A DNA stretch of 61,760 bases, counting the filler, from Choristocarpus tenellus KU-1152 (lineage: Eukaryota; Protista; Phaeophyceae), in the NCBI GenBank assembly GCA_964200185.2. It is 11 parts of 11 records of this genome, joined end to end, with 100 filler letters (N's around TTAATTAATTAA, not from the genome) between each part and the next. Parts side by side here need not be neighbours in the genome. Positions count along the whole stretch, not along the records: positions 40,888 to 44,941 come from CAXNAD020016456.1; positions 45,042 to 48,183 come from CAXNAD020022012.1; positions 48,284 to 55,645 come from CAXNAD020006267.1; 8 more parts are not named here. The stretch is one strand, 5' to 3'. The notes under the pieces are model-generated. The model saw nothing but the letters and a program-made list of their open reading frames with translations. It did no database searches and was not told the DNA's origin. The position numbers and the translations under genes were made by a program. Shown piece by piece: positions 41,635 to 54,754 of this stretch (its first letter is position 1; each line of letters starts with the position of its first letter).

Positions 41635-42612
41635 GTGGCTTGTGACTGTGAAATGCTTCCCTTAACCTTGAGCATCGCTGGCAAGCTCGCCAGGGATCAA
41701 TCTCTGGAAGCAATTTGCTGGGCGAGGTTGCATAAGGAACTACATGACGGAATTGTTCAGTGTCGGGATTTGGATCTACCTGAGGGAGGAGACATTAATA
41801 TCTTCTCCATTTTACATGTGAGCATTTGCAAAATCCCGAAGGCCCAGAGGAAACTGCTCCAACTCATGGCTGTTATGGCGTCGGGAGTCTCTGCAAATCT
41901 GGAGATGCTGTCGAAGCTATGGGATATGGTATGTGCATGTGGGCTAATGTTGAGTTGCTTGCATGTACCTAGTGTTGGAGATGTGCGAAGAAGGGGGGAG
42001 AGGATGAATGATAGGAAATGTGTTCAACGTTCAGAGCAATGGCCTGGCCGATAAGCATTGAGCCAATGGGAGGTAATCTCCTTGCAGCCTCGCCCATCTC
42101 AACAGTAACAACCCCCCCCGATAACAATAGTTCTGAGTAATGGTCAAGTAGACACAAGATGGGGGGAGATGGCAGGGTTATTCTTGTGCGGATCACATCT
42201 GCCTCCTTCATCAGACATTTCCCACCCAAAACCTGCATTGTGTACTCAGGAGGTCAGTGATGTACGAATCAGCGCTGGGGTTTTGGTAGACCGTTGCCTG
42301 CTCCAGGAGGTAGGAAAGGACTACTGTCTCCATGATCTGATGTTGGAGTACATTCAACACATCATCACGAAGGATGTTGGAAGTTGTGCATCTGAACGGC
42401 AAGTCCAGTACCTGAGTAGGTTGGGCGTGCTGCAAGGATACTCTGATGGGGACGAGGTGGCCACTGGTGGCCTGTCCTCCTTGGTTTCCCTGTGGAATGC
42501 TGTCGGAAGACTAGATCAACACTTAAGAGTGGAGAAATACTACTTGAAGAGTCTCGAGGGAGCCACAGAAGAAGAGGCCTGGCATCGTGATGGAAAACTA
42601 CTAGATCTCCTG
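41635..42612 (+). CDS. NB-ARC (STAND NTPase) protein exons 41635-41928 and 42250-42612, NB-ARC-TPR type
   Basis: Phase-0 exons. CEMLPLTLSIAG is GLPL-like and YCLHDLMLEY is MHD-like; a TPR-like exon follows. Confidence 0.85.
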
Positions 42613-43495
42613 GTGAGATTGGCATGACTATGATTCAGTTCCTACTCTTTATTGCGACCAACCTGCACTAGGGGTGATAGCATCACAAAGATACTACTAT
42701 TTTGGGCAGTGATCTGACTTGTAATCGTAATAAAGCAGGAGAGATATCTGTGCACATGGATTGCAGTTGCGGATACTAATCACCAGCAAACAAATGATAG
42801 TTGGTCACGACCCTTCGTCGCAAAAACATAAATTGGGACGGTCATCTAGCATCTTCTTTTTAATTCCATGGCCTGCAATCGACACATTGGGAGATAGTTA
42901 GTCACTGTACTCTTGCATCTTTTTGTCGAACACTATTAAGATTGGTGTCGCTTGGGTTGACGGAAATGGGAAAGAGATTAATTAATGAATTGGTCCCTTA
43001 TACCTCGACGTACATCAAGAAATATCTAGGTGGTTGGGGAGGAGGATGAGAGAACAATATCTGAAAAGGGCTCCCCATGATCAATGAAACCTATCATTAG
43101 CAATTACATGTTGAAGAGTCTACAGAATTTTTTGTGAAGTAAAGTCTATAAATGGGAATAAGAAAAAGATTGTGAGGTTAGGGGCGAAAAATTAATATTT
43201 TTTGTGAAAAGGGATTGGTCATCAAAGAGGTGATGTCACCAACGGTAGGTCTGTTTTTGTAGTTTCGTATCACTTCGACCAATCAGAGGTGCTTTACTTT
43301 TCCCCACAACAAGTATGACATTTCTATCTTGCATTGCATTTGCAAGAAGTATATGTTCATTCAGTGATAAAGTCACCCCAAATGGCAACTGGTTCCTCAA
43401 CTGAAATCGTGAGAAACGAAGCTGTGATGGCTACGGAACCTCTCCTATCCTGGTGATTATACCGTGGTGTCGACATGGACTTCGATCTGTTACAG

Positions 43496-43630
43496 GACAA
43501 GCATGCTGAAGCAGGGGCTCTCTTCCAGCGTTAAGTTGGCATTTACCCAAAGTATGAGAAATCTACAGGTAATTAACACACGAATTCGAAGGTCGCTCGG
43601 CAGGGGCTATTGACTACATCGAGGAAACTG
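43496..43630 (+). pseudogene. Disabled TPR exon of the NB-ARC gene
   Basis: ttacag|...|gtaaaa phase-0 135-nt exon encoding DKHAEAGALFQR*VGIYPKYEKSTGN*HTNSKVARQGL, a kinesin-light-chain-type TPR pattern with two TAA stops. Confidence 0.7.
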
Positions 43631-45124
43631 GTAAAATACACCATATCAACGTCGATACCCTACTCCAAACTCTTTGGTGTACCGTAGTTGACCAGTTTGG
43701 AATCCCCTACAATTAAGGCAACTGCTACTCAACTCGTTTTTGTGACAGGGAAAAACGGAGGAGGCCAAGACACTGAGGACTAAAGAGAGGAAACAGGATA
43801 CGGTGTGACATGTTCTGTGACATGTTCGACAAATCAGGGATAGGGTGACGGAGAAGATTATTATAAAGACAGAAAACAAGGCACAAATTTAACTTTCATG
43901 CCATGACCCAAAGTAAACGAAGGGTACCCAGATTTAGGTGGTTTCGCATTTTAAGTCTTTTATTCAATCTTTTGAATTCACCTTGAACGAAAGTTCTAAG
44001 ATAACATATCCCAAGACGGTTTATTTCTCTGTTGTCCAAATTTTTCCGACACAGTTCAGAAAATATCCTATACACATTTGTAAAAGAAACTCGAATTTTC
44101 CACATATTCCAAATAAAAACAAGGCTCCACATATTACGGAGCAAGAGATACTTCTTTAACCCTAACCCTCTGGTGAAACTTCGGTATCTCGTTGCAACCG
44201 TTACATAAGGATACTTTCTACTTTCCTTTGCAAGCAGTGTGTTGCCCCTCCTTGGAATAGCATAAAATATTGTATTGTTTTCTAACGTCAGTATGCTGTG
44301 TATGGCTTTATCTATTCCATAAAGACAAAATAATGAGTTTGTTTTTGTCTTGTCTTCATAATCACCCACTCAAGCTCCAGCAGAGTATCCTTGAAAGGTA
44401 TAGTTTCCAAAAATTAGTGATGATAGTAAGCATGACAGCATAGATACAATGCTACAACTTGGGAGCCTACACTTGGCAGAACTCAGGCGGGCAGGATTTT
44501 CCAATGTGGACCACACCCACTAATAATTCTACGTCAGAACGTGTCAGTTGGTTTACTCGTCTATCACAACGAATTCTCCCTCACACAAAACTGATATTAC
44601 TCCATTGTAACTTTCACAACCATAGTGACTATAGAGAGTTGGTTATGGTCTCTGGTGACAAATTTGGTATGCGTCTGGATTGGTACATTCCTATATCCCC
44701 TACTATCTAGAAAAGTGAACACAAATAGCAAAATGTATTTGTCTATTGAAATATCGACATATCGAAAGAACACTGAAGGGTAATAAATAAGATTATATTG
44801 TGCAATATAGACTAATAGTCTACATTCTTGGGGAGATTGGCATATTACAGCAATATAGACTAATAGTCTATATGGTTTATAGTATAAAAGTGAATGAAGT
44901 AATGTAACTTGAACTTATAAGCGACTGACGTAGTGTAACTGNNNNNNNNNNNNNNNNNNNNNNNNNNNNNNNNNNNNNNNNNNNNTTAATTAATTAANNN
45001 NNNNNNNNNNNNNNNNNNNNNNNNNNNNNNNNNNNNNNNNNCCTCCCCCCTGTCCAAATTTTTGTGTTTTGTTCGGTTTCTTTCTTTCATTCCCCCTTTT
45101 TCCCTGAAGGGGGTATATTTTTTT

Positions 45125-45155
45125 CCCCCCCCCCCCCCCCCAGATACTTTGACCC
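45125..45155. mobile_element. MITE family B TIR near contig start
   Basis: Poly-C followed by AGATACTTTGACCC. Confidence 0.65.
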
Positions 45156-48155
45156 TCCTTGTTCATGTTGGCATGACTGCCCCCAAACACCATGCTTTCC
45201 TTGACCCTTTACTATGTGGGGGATGAATGCCAGCGCCCCTATCAACAGCCACAACATTTGGGAGATGAGAAAACGCAAAAAAATGGAGTGGACCAGGAAA
45301 ATACTTTGGAAGGGACACCTTCAGGGTGGTAGGAGTTAAGCCCTCATGCTGTGCCTAAAGTACATGAATGTCCATCCCTCATTGTATTTTGCTTGAGGCT
45401 CCTGAAAAGTGACATTTTGTTTCTGTCTACAGGGCATGGGTGGTGGTGGTCTGGACATGCGTGGGATGGATGGGTGGGGAGTTCAACAAGGCGTGAGTTG
45501 AGATGAGCTGTCTGACTGAAAAATTGAGTTTGTTAGATTTCCTTAATCAGTGCTATTTTGTGTGACGTGTGTTGTTCTGTTCATACTTGTTTTCTCGGTT
45601 TCATATTTTTGAACTGAAGTATGTGGTGGGCTGTTGATTGGTGACAGTGACAAGGCTGACAGTACTACAGTAGTGCTGATTGTGTTTTTCTGTTGAACTT
45701 CTGTTGATCTATGTCGGGTGTAAGACTTGTCTACACTGATGACTGGGGAGGCACTACTTCAAATATTAATCTTTTGTTCATTGTGGGGATGTGATCGATC
45801 CCTGTAAATCATTATTTGACACAAGATCTTCTGTGCTCAATGCTTTTATTATGATGTTTTTTTGCTGGATGTGGTGGATTGATATTTTACAATAACCTTG
45901 GAGTTTGATATATTTTATGGAATGCATGCCAATTGAAACGCCTGCTTGTCCACGATAGTTAGATGTAGTAGATGGATCGAGACACACACTGAGAGCGTCT
46001 TTGGTTTTTCCACTTTGAAGAGATCATGGCATGTGTGGAAGGAAGGTCGATGCATGTTGATATGGGGCAACTGGCTGAGTTTGTAACGTTAGTGGTTAGT
46101 CTCTGAGAAAGTGTGAGGATAGACACATCACCTTCCCTTTTGTTTGAAGAGAGACGTTTTTCTGGGTAATAAGTTTTTAATGGGAATGTCAATGGGATAG
46201 TTTTTTTTCCGATTGTGAGCATTCTTCTTTGCTTCTATGCAGAATGTTTGATGTCATACATATGGAGCTATTTATTTCTTTTGTTAGATATATTTTGGGA
46301 GTTAGATCTGAGAAAAATAGTTCTACTTTAAATTATAGCTCTGTCTGGCATTGTTGAGGACACCCTTGTGTCGCAAGGTTCTCTTCCACCTCTTGTACTG
46401 TTTCAGACCCTTTTGTTTTGAGATTCAGAAGGAGAGTTGCTGTTGAGTCGGGTGAGTGATGTGGAACGTCACAGGACAAAATAAAGGCTGTATTGAGATA
46501 ATAATGTTTTACCCAGGGCAGACAGTTGTGACAAAACAGAGACTGGAGAGCTAACCCTGAATAATCTGTCGGTCATCAACTCACTAGTAACACACTTTCC
46601 CTAGCAATTATCTCAGTCTTTGCTTTTTCACTTGAGTGTTTTCGTGGACCCCTCTCTCACTATATCATTGACATCCTGCTGTAGGGAGTTGGGAAAGTGG
46701 TTCTGCCAGGATTCAGTCTCACAACCTCTGATTTTGTCAAGTATTGAGATGCTGCCTGTCAAGAGATACCTTAAAATAAAATTAGGTGTGGAGCTGTTTG
46801 ATTGCAGGTTTGAAATAGGTTGAAAGAATATAAGAACGTTGTCCTCAAGACAGAACAGATGGTTTGGGGTGGGTATATGATGGAGCGAGATAAATGTCTT
46901 AGGGGAAAAGGCTACTACTAAATAGTGTACGTTTTTTTAATATGTTACATGATCTAACATTTATTGCATAATATATATTTTCAAGCTTTCATTGAATGTA
47001 CAATCTCAAGTAACCTGAGGTGTGAAAGGCATCATAACACAGTAATGAGGAGATGTAGCAGAGGAAAAAATCACAATGAAAAGCCACAAAGAAGAAAGAA
47101 GGAGAGAACAACGATGAACAAGAGGCATGTGCAGGACAAGGGTTCGAATTGGCACTCTCCGGGATGGTGATAGCATACTAAGTCAAACCAGAGTTTGTAG
47201 GGTCACAACATGTTGTTGGTGGGTCTTGATTGGTCTAGGTTTTATATTTTGTTGACTCTTGAGGCAATAAGGAATTGCTTTTGGTCTTATGCATGGAGTG
47301 GACCATAGATACATTTGTTTCATAATATTACTAGTTGAAGCTGTCTCTAGGTGAGTGAATTCCATGAACTAAGTTGAGCCTTCACAATGGTGAGGTGGTG
47401 AGGGAGTAAGGGGTTGTGACCACGTCAGGTCACTACGATTTTCGCACGAGCATATGGATGGGGTCAGCTATTTGCATAGTAATAAATACTAATAATAGTA
47501 CTACTAATAATAATCCGCGACCACAAAAATATCCTGTCAAAACAGTGGAATAAAATCAAACAAAACACAAATAATGAGGTGTGTGGTCCAGTGCAGTCAA
47601 ATTCAAGCTGTATTAAGACAGCAATAGTGAGTCCACTTGATGTACTACTACTGTCACAATTATAGATACCATTTATATATAATTGTGCTAAAAAGTCTGC
47701 TATTTTCTGCCAGTCGAAACAAAGGTACTCCTGTAAAGTTGATGAAATAATGAACTGTGCAATACATAAATTCGGCATCTATCTACCCCTTCTCAGGTCC
47801 GCCCGCCTCCTTATCCTCACACGATGTCCTCTTCTATCTTCCCATTTCCATCTTCTTTCAAACACACTCTCCTCCTGTCACCCACTACGCACACTTTCAT
47901 GATATAGAATAGGCTGAAGTCATCCAGAGTTAGCAACCTTCCACACGTAGTGTGCAAAGAGAGATATATTAAGAATTATTTTTGTTGTGGTACTAGACAA
48001 TTAAGCAGCAACCACACCAACCCGACCACTCACTGTGTTGTCCGTTCATATAATGAAAGTTGTAGATGTACCACAAGAGTCAAGTGTTGTATTGGGATGG
48101 TTGCAGTGCTATCATATTTCATTGATGGCAATTATGTCATACTTGAAAGGGTTTA

Positions 48156-48183
48156 GATCCAAAATATCTGGGGGGTTGGGGGG
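48156..48183. mobile_element. Diverged MITE family B TIR at contig end
   Basis: GATCCAAAATATCTGGGGGG. Confidence 0.55.
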
Positions 48184-48326
48184 NNNNNNNNNNNNNNNNN
48201 NNNNNNNNNNNNNNNNNNNNNNNNNNNTTAATTAATTAANNNNNNNNNNNNNNNNNNNNNNNNNNNNNNNNNNNNNNNNNNNNCTTGTGTTTGTTTGTGG
48301 TTTTGTTTTTTTTTCTTGTTTTTGGT

Positions 48327-48370
<44 letters not shown>

Positions 48371-50889
48371 AGGCCTTGTTTGATTGTGGCAAGAAGGGGC
48401 GTGGGATGAACCTGTTGACTCTTTGCAGAAGCGGCAGGTGTAACAGTGTTATACACAAAGTGGGTAGGTTGGGTTACACGGTGAACCCTCTCTGTGTAGG
48501 GAAGACCGGAGTTGGTAGTAGAAGGAAAGGGATTGCCCTGTCTCGATTGAAATGGGCCGAGCAGAGGGGTGATACTCTAGCAAGGTTGGATGGCAAGAAG
48601 ACAAAGGGCAGTGAGGAGATGGAACTTTGGCGGAGGCAGTACCACTTGAAAGGATATCGAGTATTGGGGGGAGTCAGAGAGGCGTGTGCATCGGGGCGGG
48701 ATCGGCGGAGTCCCCTGGTAGGGTTAAGGTTGAAGGGATTTGGGGGGGGGGATGCTGGGGGGGTTGGTGGGGCAGTTTTGTGTGCGATGTTTTTTTTTGT
48801 TTGTCTGAAGAGGATATATCTCGTAGTGCTAGGAAGGCTTTTTCTAAGTTGGCACCTCTTGTGATATTGTTGTTGGGTTGTAGTGATGAGGATGGAACGA
48901 GATGGACAGTGTTTTAAAGTATGTATTGTTGTGTCCAACGGATCGAAATGATATTTCCTGGGCGTCTATTGTCTCTCACAAATTTTTTTCCTGCCGAGAG
49001 AGTCTGGTCTGGGTTTGGTTGAGTTTGTTGTTGTACATTGCGTTCTCAAGAGAGAGGGAATGTACCGCTTATACATGAGCACGTCCTTGAATTTATTTTT
49101 GAAGGGACGAGCCTGTCGATCATCTCCCCCTCCATGGTAACCACCACAATGTAAAGACAGTTACCTTACTTGGTCCTACGGTCTATTTTTGAAGGAGACA
49201 AGGTGGGAACCGCCTGTTCCCTGTGTTGTTGTGGAAGTCAAGAGCAAGGGGCAGGGAGGGGGGTGGGAAGGGGGAACTCCAGCTTTTTTGCATCTTCTGT
49301 CAGTCTGGTGTTCCGAGAATGCTCTTGTCTTGCACCTTTTGCTCGATGTGTCCCATGTGTTGGCCAGGGGGCTCTACTGTCCTCCTTTGGCTCTCCAGGT
49401 ATAGATAATCAAATCCGCATACATTGCACTAGAACGGTGGTGTTGATTGCTGCAGTGGTGGCAAGATACTAGGATTTTCAACTTTGTTCTTCACAAGGTG
49501 GACATTTTTCATCATAGCTCTGGGATATATGTATATATATATATATATTTATATTCTCTTCTCTTTCACATTGCGTTTGTGATAGAGAGACTGGGGATCA
49601 ATCGATCCCCCTCTTCACTGGGTCATGTATGGTTGACTCTTTGTCTGGTCAAGATGAAATGAGACTAGAGATGGTTGGCGTGCATGGAAATGGGTACGCC
49701 ATCTCTTCAGGCGTTGAAAAACCAGACGCTAACACAAAAACTGTCAGTCTTGTCTGGGATTGTCCACCATGAATCCAGTTACTACAGTGTTCTAAAAGTG
49801 GATTGGACAAAGACCTCTGCCTTTTGCCCTCAATATATTGAGAAATAATGAGTAAATTCACTTACTGCTTTGAAGAACTATTTATCCTGATATGTCGTGG
49901 CACGAGGCAAGGGTAACTAACTGACACAGTTGTAGCACTAGCTGCACTAAGCAGTCTGCAATTTGGCATTGTGTCAGTGAGAAAGCAAAGGGTTTTTGTA
50001 GCACTGGTAAGCCCTCCTCCCCCTTCATTTTGTTTTGGTAGTTGGAAGCACCCCATTTTTCTGATTGTCCCTGTACCCGAGGGTTTGTCATCAGCTGTTA
50101 CTCTCTGCTGTCCTCTCTACCCCAACAGTCACATTCTGCTCCAGGCTTTGTCACCCTTTTCTTCAGATACTTTTGCTTATCTTTTTGAAGAAACAAAAAC
50201 ACCTAGGAGACGCATCATACTTCAGCTTGTAATACTTACTATATGCTGTGGATGGTAGAGTTCTCCTATTTGTAGGAACAGTAGTAAAAAGAGTAATTTT
50301 TGGCCCATGTTGCTAGGCTTGATAATTGTTCCTTGTGACCTCTTGAGACATCACGCTTGGGGTTTCTGGTTACTAGGGGTAAGCTATGCTCAATATCTGT
50401 TCTATAGTTTATCCTCCTTCCTCTCGAAGAGGATACCCATGGTTTGAGTAGTGTGTCCTGTAAGATTTTGTAGAGGTCGCACAACCTTGCTCCATCCACT
50501 ACATCCAACTCCTCAATTGAACACTGTGTGTTTTTGACATGATATGACCGGTTAATCAATGACACATGACCGGTCATTCAACAGCCATAGATGTGTAAGG
50601 TGTAACCGAGAAAGCACTACCAAAATATTGGCAAGGTAGAGATGGAGGAATATAATATGGTGTCATTGGCGGCATGGAATGTGTTGATGTTGTGCCTTTT
50701 GTTTTGTACCCTGCATGCAGCAATGGATGATATTGTTGTGAAGGAAAAAATGGGAATACATACTACTAGGCCCCTCTGGAATGGACTAGACCCCTCAGGA
50801 GTTAGTTGCACTTTGGGCAAGGGAGGAGAGGAGGGAGCGTGGCAGGACTCCTTGTGTTTTTGTGCGCAAGGGAGCTTACATTGAAGTCA

Positions 50890-51790
50890 AGGTGTTGAAT
50901 AAAAATGACCATGTGTGAAGTATAACGTGGAAGACTCCAACTTCAACTCACAAGGAGCAAAAACTACTCTATACAGCCGGTGCTGGCACATGCAGACAGA
51001 GAGACGGATGGATAGGAGTTGCGTATTTTTAAACGGTACGTGTATGAGAGGGACACAAAGGGTAGCTAGCTGTACAGAACCAGTGCCAGTATGGTTTCTA
51101 AATTTGCAAAACTTCTGATTATTGAAACAAGTGTGTGGAATTGCGCAGGTGAGCCTGCATGCAAGAACAAGAGTCAAGGTGAAGTAGCATGGGAAGGTGT
51201 AGGTTGTAGAGATGTAGGATAGGACTGAAGCTTCAATCTCGAAAAGAGGAAACACAGCTCTACAGAGCCAGTACTGGAACGTACAGACACACGGACAGGT
51301 GGACAGGAACTGCTTGGTTGTACATGGTACATGTATGAGAGATGAAAGGCACCTGTATAGAGCTGGTGCAAAGAAAGGTCTATATTTTTAGGACTTCTCA
51401 TTTTTGAAAACAAGTATGCACGAGCGCCATCAGGTGGTATTCGTGACTAGGTCAAGTAGGATGGTAAGGTGAGGTGTAGATTGTAGAGATGTATAATAAT
51501 CGGACTCAAAACTCCAACAATTCGGAAGGAGGAACAGTAGCTGTATAGAGCCCATAGGTATGTGAGGGCAGGAGTTATTTGGTTTTATACGGCATGTACG
51601 TATGAGGGCCCCAAATAGCTGGAGCAGGAAGTTTTATATTTTTAGAACAAGTAGCTACGAGTGCGCAGCCAAGCCTAAACGTGAGGGTGGGAGCCGGTAC
51701 TGGAGAATGTATAGACAAACAAGTGGACCGACAGGACTTACTTGTTCTTGCAGGGTACGTACGTCCGCAGGGACCAATAGTTTGTAAGAA
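50890..51790 (+). repeat. Degenerate tandem array (~285-bp units), left arm of an inverted pair
   Basis: Units ~50966-51258 and ~51259-51540 align by eye (GGTGTAG(G/A)TTGTAGAGATGTA; GGTAC(G/A)TGTATGAGAG). Confidence 0.75.
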
Positions 51791-51889
51791 CCCGATCACG
51801 AAATAACTATAATTTCTTGAGTTAGGTTCTAGCCAAATTGCCCTATTGATTGGGTGGAGCCGCATATCATAGTACCAAAAGGTAGCCAA

Positions 51890-52250
51890 AATATACATAA
51901 TTATGCCCTCTGACATTTTGCAGATGTGTCAGAGAAAAACTCAATGGAAAGTCAATTCAATATCGTAAGAACCTCTGTAAAAGTAACAGTCGTCGCAAAT
52001 GTGCAAGATATCTTTCTATCATCTATTTACTATTTGACTACCAACTATGCTACACCACTCCCCTCCTATGCCCCGACCTAGCTTAACCCTACACCGCAGG
52101 GCGAGGAGCTAGGGAAGCGTCCCAAGAATCTAAGAGGTCCCTCCTTGCCCATGTCCCTGGTGTCTCCAGCTTAAAACGTATCACACGTCTTGATAGAGCT
52201 ACTAATGTTGTGACAGAAAATATCTGTCGTAAACGGGAAATATTGCTGGG
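51890..52250 (-). mobile_element. 5'-truncated CRE-like non-LTR retrotransposon 3' end
   Basis: Minus strand encodes SRLRQIFSVTTLVALSRRVIRFKLET; homologous to 54755-55275. Confidence 0.75.
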
Positions 52251-52709
52251 CAGACGATTTTGAGGTCAAATCGGAGATTCCCGCCAACCAGATGTTGGGG
52301 GGATTGGTGGATAAGGATGATGTTCCTAAGTATACCGTCAATACAGATGGAAATCACTGACAGTTAGTTACATGTGCAATGCTCCATACTGCCCTCAGTT
52401 TCTTTTACAGTAGTTATTCATACTGTTCTGGTTACGGTGATAATTTATATTTGGTACCTTGGTACTGCACATACAGTGGAGAGATTTCCACAGCATGTCT
52501 GTCTGCCTGGGGGTATTAAAACATACAACCAGGTAAAACCTAGAGGTAGGCGGGGTTGCATTTTAAGGATCCCCGAGAAAGGGAAAAAACATGTGTTTTT
52601 TTTACAATTGCAGAAAGACCCTTGCTGAATTGTGGTGTCACTTTGTATGTGGGAAGGGGGAATATCTATATGCTTACACTATTATGCACACGAAGCAATA
52701 AAATAGAGT

Positions 52710-52899
52710 GGTTCAAATATCTGGGGGGGTGGGGTGGCGGCTGTCCATATGGGGTCCATTTTTTCATGTCGCGATTCTTGGGTGATTTGGTTGCATACGT
52801 CGATTGGGTAATGTAAGTGCACTTTTCCTGGTTTTACCCCAAATGGATGCCTTGGTGTAGACCGCCCCCCGCCCCCCGCCCCCCCAGATACTTTCGGTC
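52710..52899 (+). mobile_element. MITE family B, full length
   Basis: Both TIRs present; TSD AGT/AGT. Confidence 0.92.
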
Positions 52900-52919
52900 A
52901 GTGTATTGCCCAGGGATCA

Positions 52920-54090
52920 GACACCTCTCACACACGTACCATGTAAAAACAAGTACCGACCGTCCATCGATCTGTGTTTTGTCTGTATATTAACCAGAAC
53001 CGACTCTTGTCATATGTGCACAATATAATACTAAGTCCCATCCGCCCATCCATCTATGTTGATATGTTGACCAACACGGACTCTGTCCATGAATGTCAAT
53101 ATAAAATCAAGTAGTTCATGTCCATCCATCCGTTCTGTCTGTATGTCACTAGTACTGACTCTCATGCTCGTGTGTAGGCTCGCCTGCGCTAGCCCATACT
53201 TGTTGCAAACAAAAAAATCATGAAAATAAAACCTTACCGACACTGGCTCTTTGGGTCCCTCTCACATAATGCCGCATATAACCAAGTAATTAATTCCCTC
53301 CCTAATAAACCTTGACACTGTAGAGTTATGTTTCCTCTTCCCGAGTTGTTTGAAGTTTGAGTCCTATTCTACATCTCTACAACCCACATACATACTACCA
53401 TGCTACTTCGTCTTGATACCACTACCAGCTCTTGTCCTTGTGCGTAGATTCACCTGCGCGATTGCGCATACATACACCTGTTGTGCCAAAAATCAGAAAT
53501 AATACTACTAGAAAAATATAGATACCTTACCAGCACCAGTTCTGCACACCTACCCTTTGCGTCCCTCACATACGTACCGTGTAATACCAGGCAAGTCCTG
53601 TCGGTCCATTCATCTGTCTACCTGTTTATATGTGTAGTCGTTTTTTCTCCTTGCGAATTAAGGTTTGAGTCTTACGTATATTACGGTTCTTATGTAGGTC
53701 AGATTTTGATGCAACGCCTTGACTTTAACATAAGCTTCCTCGAGCACAAAGACGCAAGGAGTCATGCCAAGCTCCCTCCTCTCCTCCCCTGCCCGACATG
53801 CAACCCTGAGAGATCCAGCCCCTCCCAAAGGGGTCGGCTTATTTTTATTTTTCCCATTAGGGACCCTTACCAGCCTCTTGGGTCCCTCTCAACTTGTCCC
53901 AAATCTGTATGTCTTGAAAAATATCAACTTTACCAGTAGCGACTCTTTCGGTCCCTTTCACATACATACCTTATAAAACCAAGTAATACCTGTAAAAATC
54001 TACCGACTCTATAAAAATGTTTTCCCCTTTCGGAGTTGTTTAGAACCTGAATCCTGATTTTACACATCTCTGCAACCTACACCTTACATC
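52920..54090 (-). repeat. Degenerate tandem array, right arm (reverse complement of the 50890-51790 modules)
   Basis: For example, 53318-53420 (TACATCTCTACAACC...CCATGCTACTTC) is the inverted homologue of 51175-51267. Confidence 0.75.
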
Positions 54091-54754
54091 ATAGAACAAA
54101 GTAATTCCTCTCCATCATCCAGACTATTTGATGCCACCCTCACCAACTGAGCCAACACCATTGTGACCATTCCATACTTCTTAGCGACTTGTAATCAGGC
54201 ATGTTGTTTGACCTTGCCATAGGTCTTGCACAGTCGAAAGTATTCTCCAACAGTCACTTTCCCCTTGTGAATGGGTATATCTTTCCCCTTTCCTATCGTG
54301 CCAGGTCTGGGAGTTGGTTGATGCAGTCGATCTCGGGAATCTGAAAATCTGGTGTCTTGCAATCACGCTCCTCACTAGCAAGGCAACTAAATGTAACCGC
54401 ACGATGTGAACGTTTAGGGCCTGATGTCACACCCTGCGACAAGGTGCTCTTCTTTCACCAACGACATCCTAGAGATCGGCAAACACTCAGACATTGCTTA
54501 GGGACTTACTTGAAAGTTGAGAATTAACAACCATCACATACATGCCAACATCTGCCTTCCATCTCAGTCCAATGTCTTTCTCCCTCTCCTCCAATGTATC
54601 ACCAAAAAAACCCCATGCAACCTAATGCGGGCGCCATGCAGGTATAAACACGGGTACTCACTCTACACAGAGGGAGGTGTGCTTCAATAGTTAAAAGATA
54701 CAGATGTTAGTATTTCAGTAACTATTTTTATTATTTTCCCTCTGAGATTTATGA

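Noticed and set aside
45433-45492. Possible 60-nt exon (ctacag|...|gtgagt)
   Set aside because: Splice signals only; the peptide is uninformative and no partner exons were found.
48376-48938. Overlapping 150-160-aa ORFs on both strands
   Set aside because: No recognisable domain or splice structure; low-complexity G-rich contig end.
50890-54090. CRISPR-like repeat-spacer array
   Set aside because: The motifs are short and degenerate, spacing is irregular, intervening segments are homologous to each other, and there are no cas genes.
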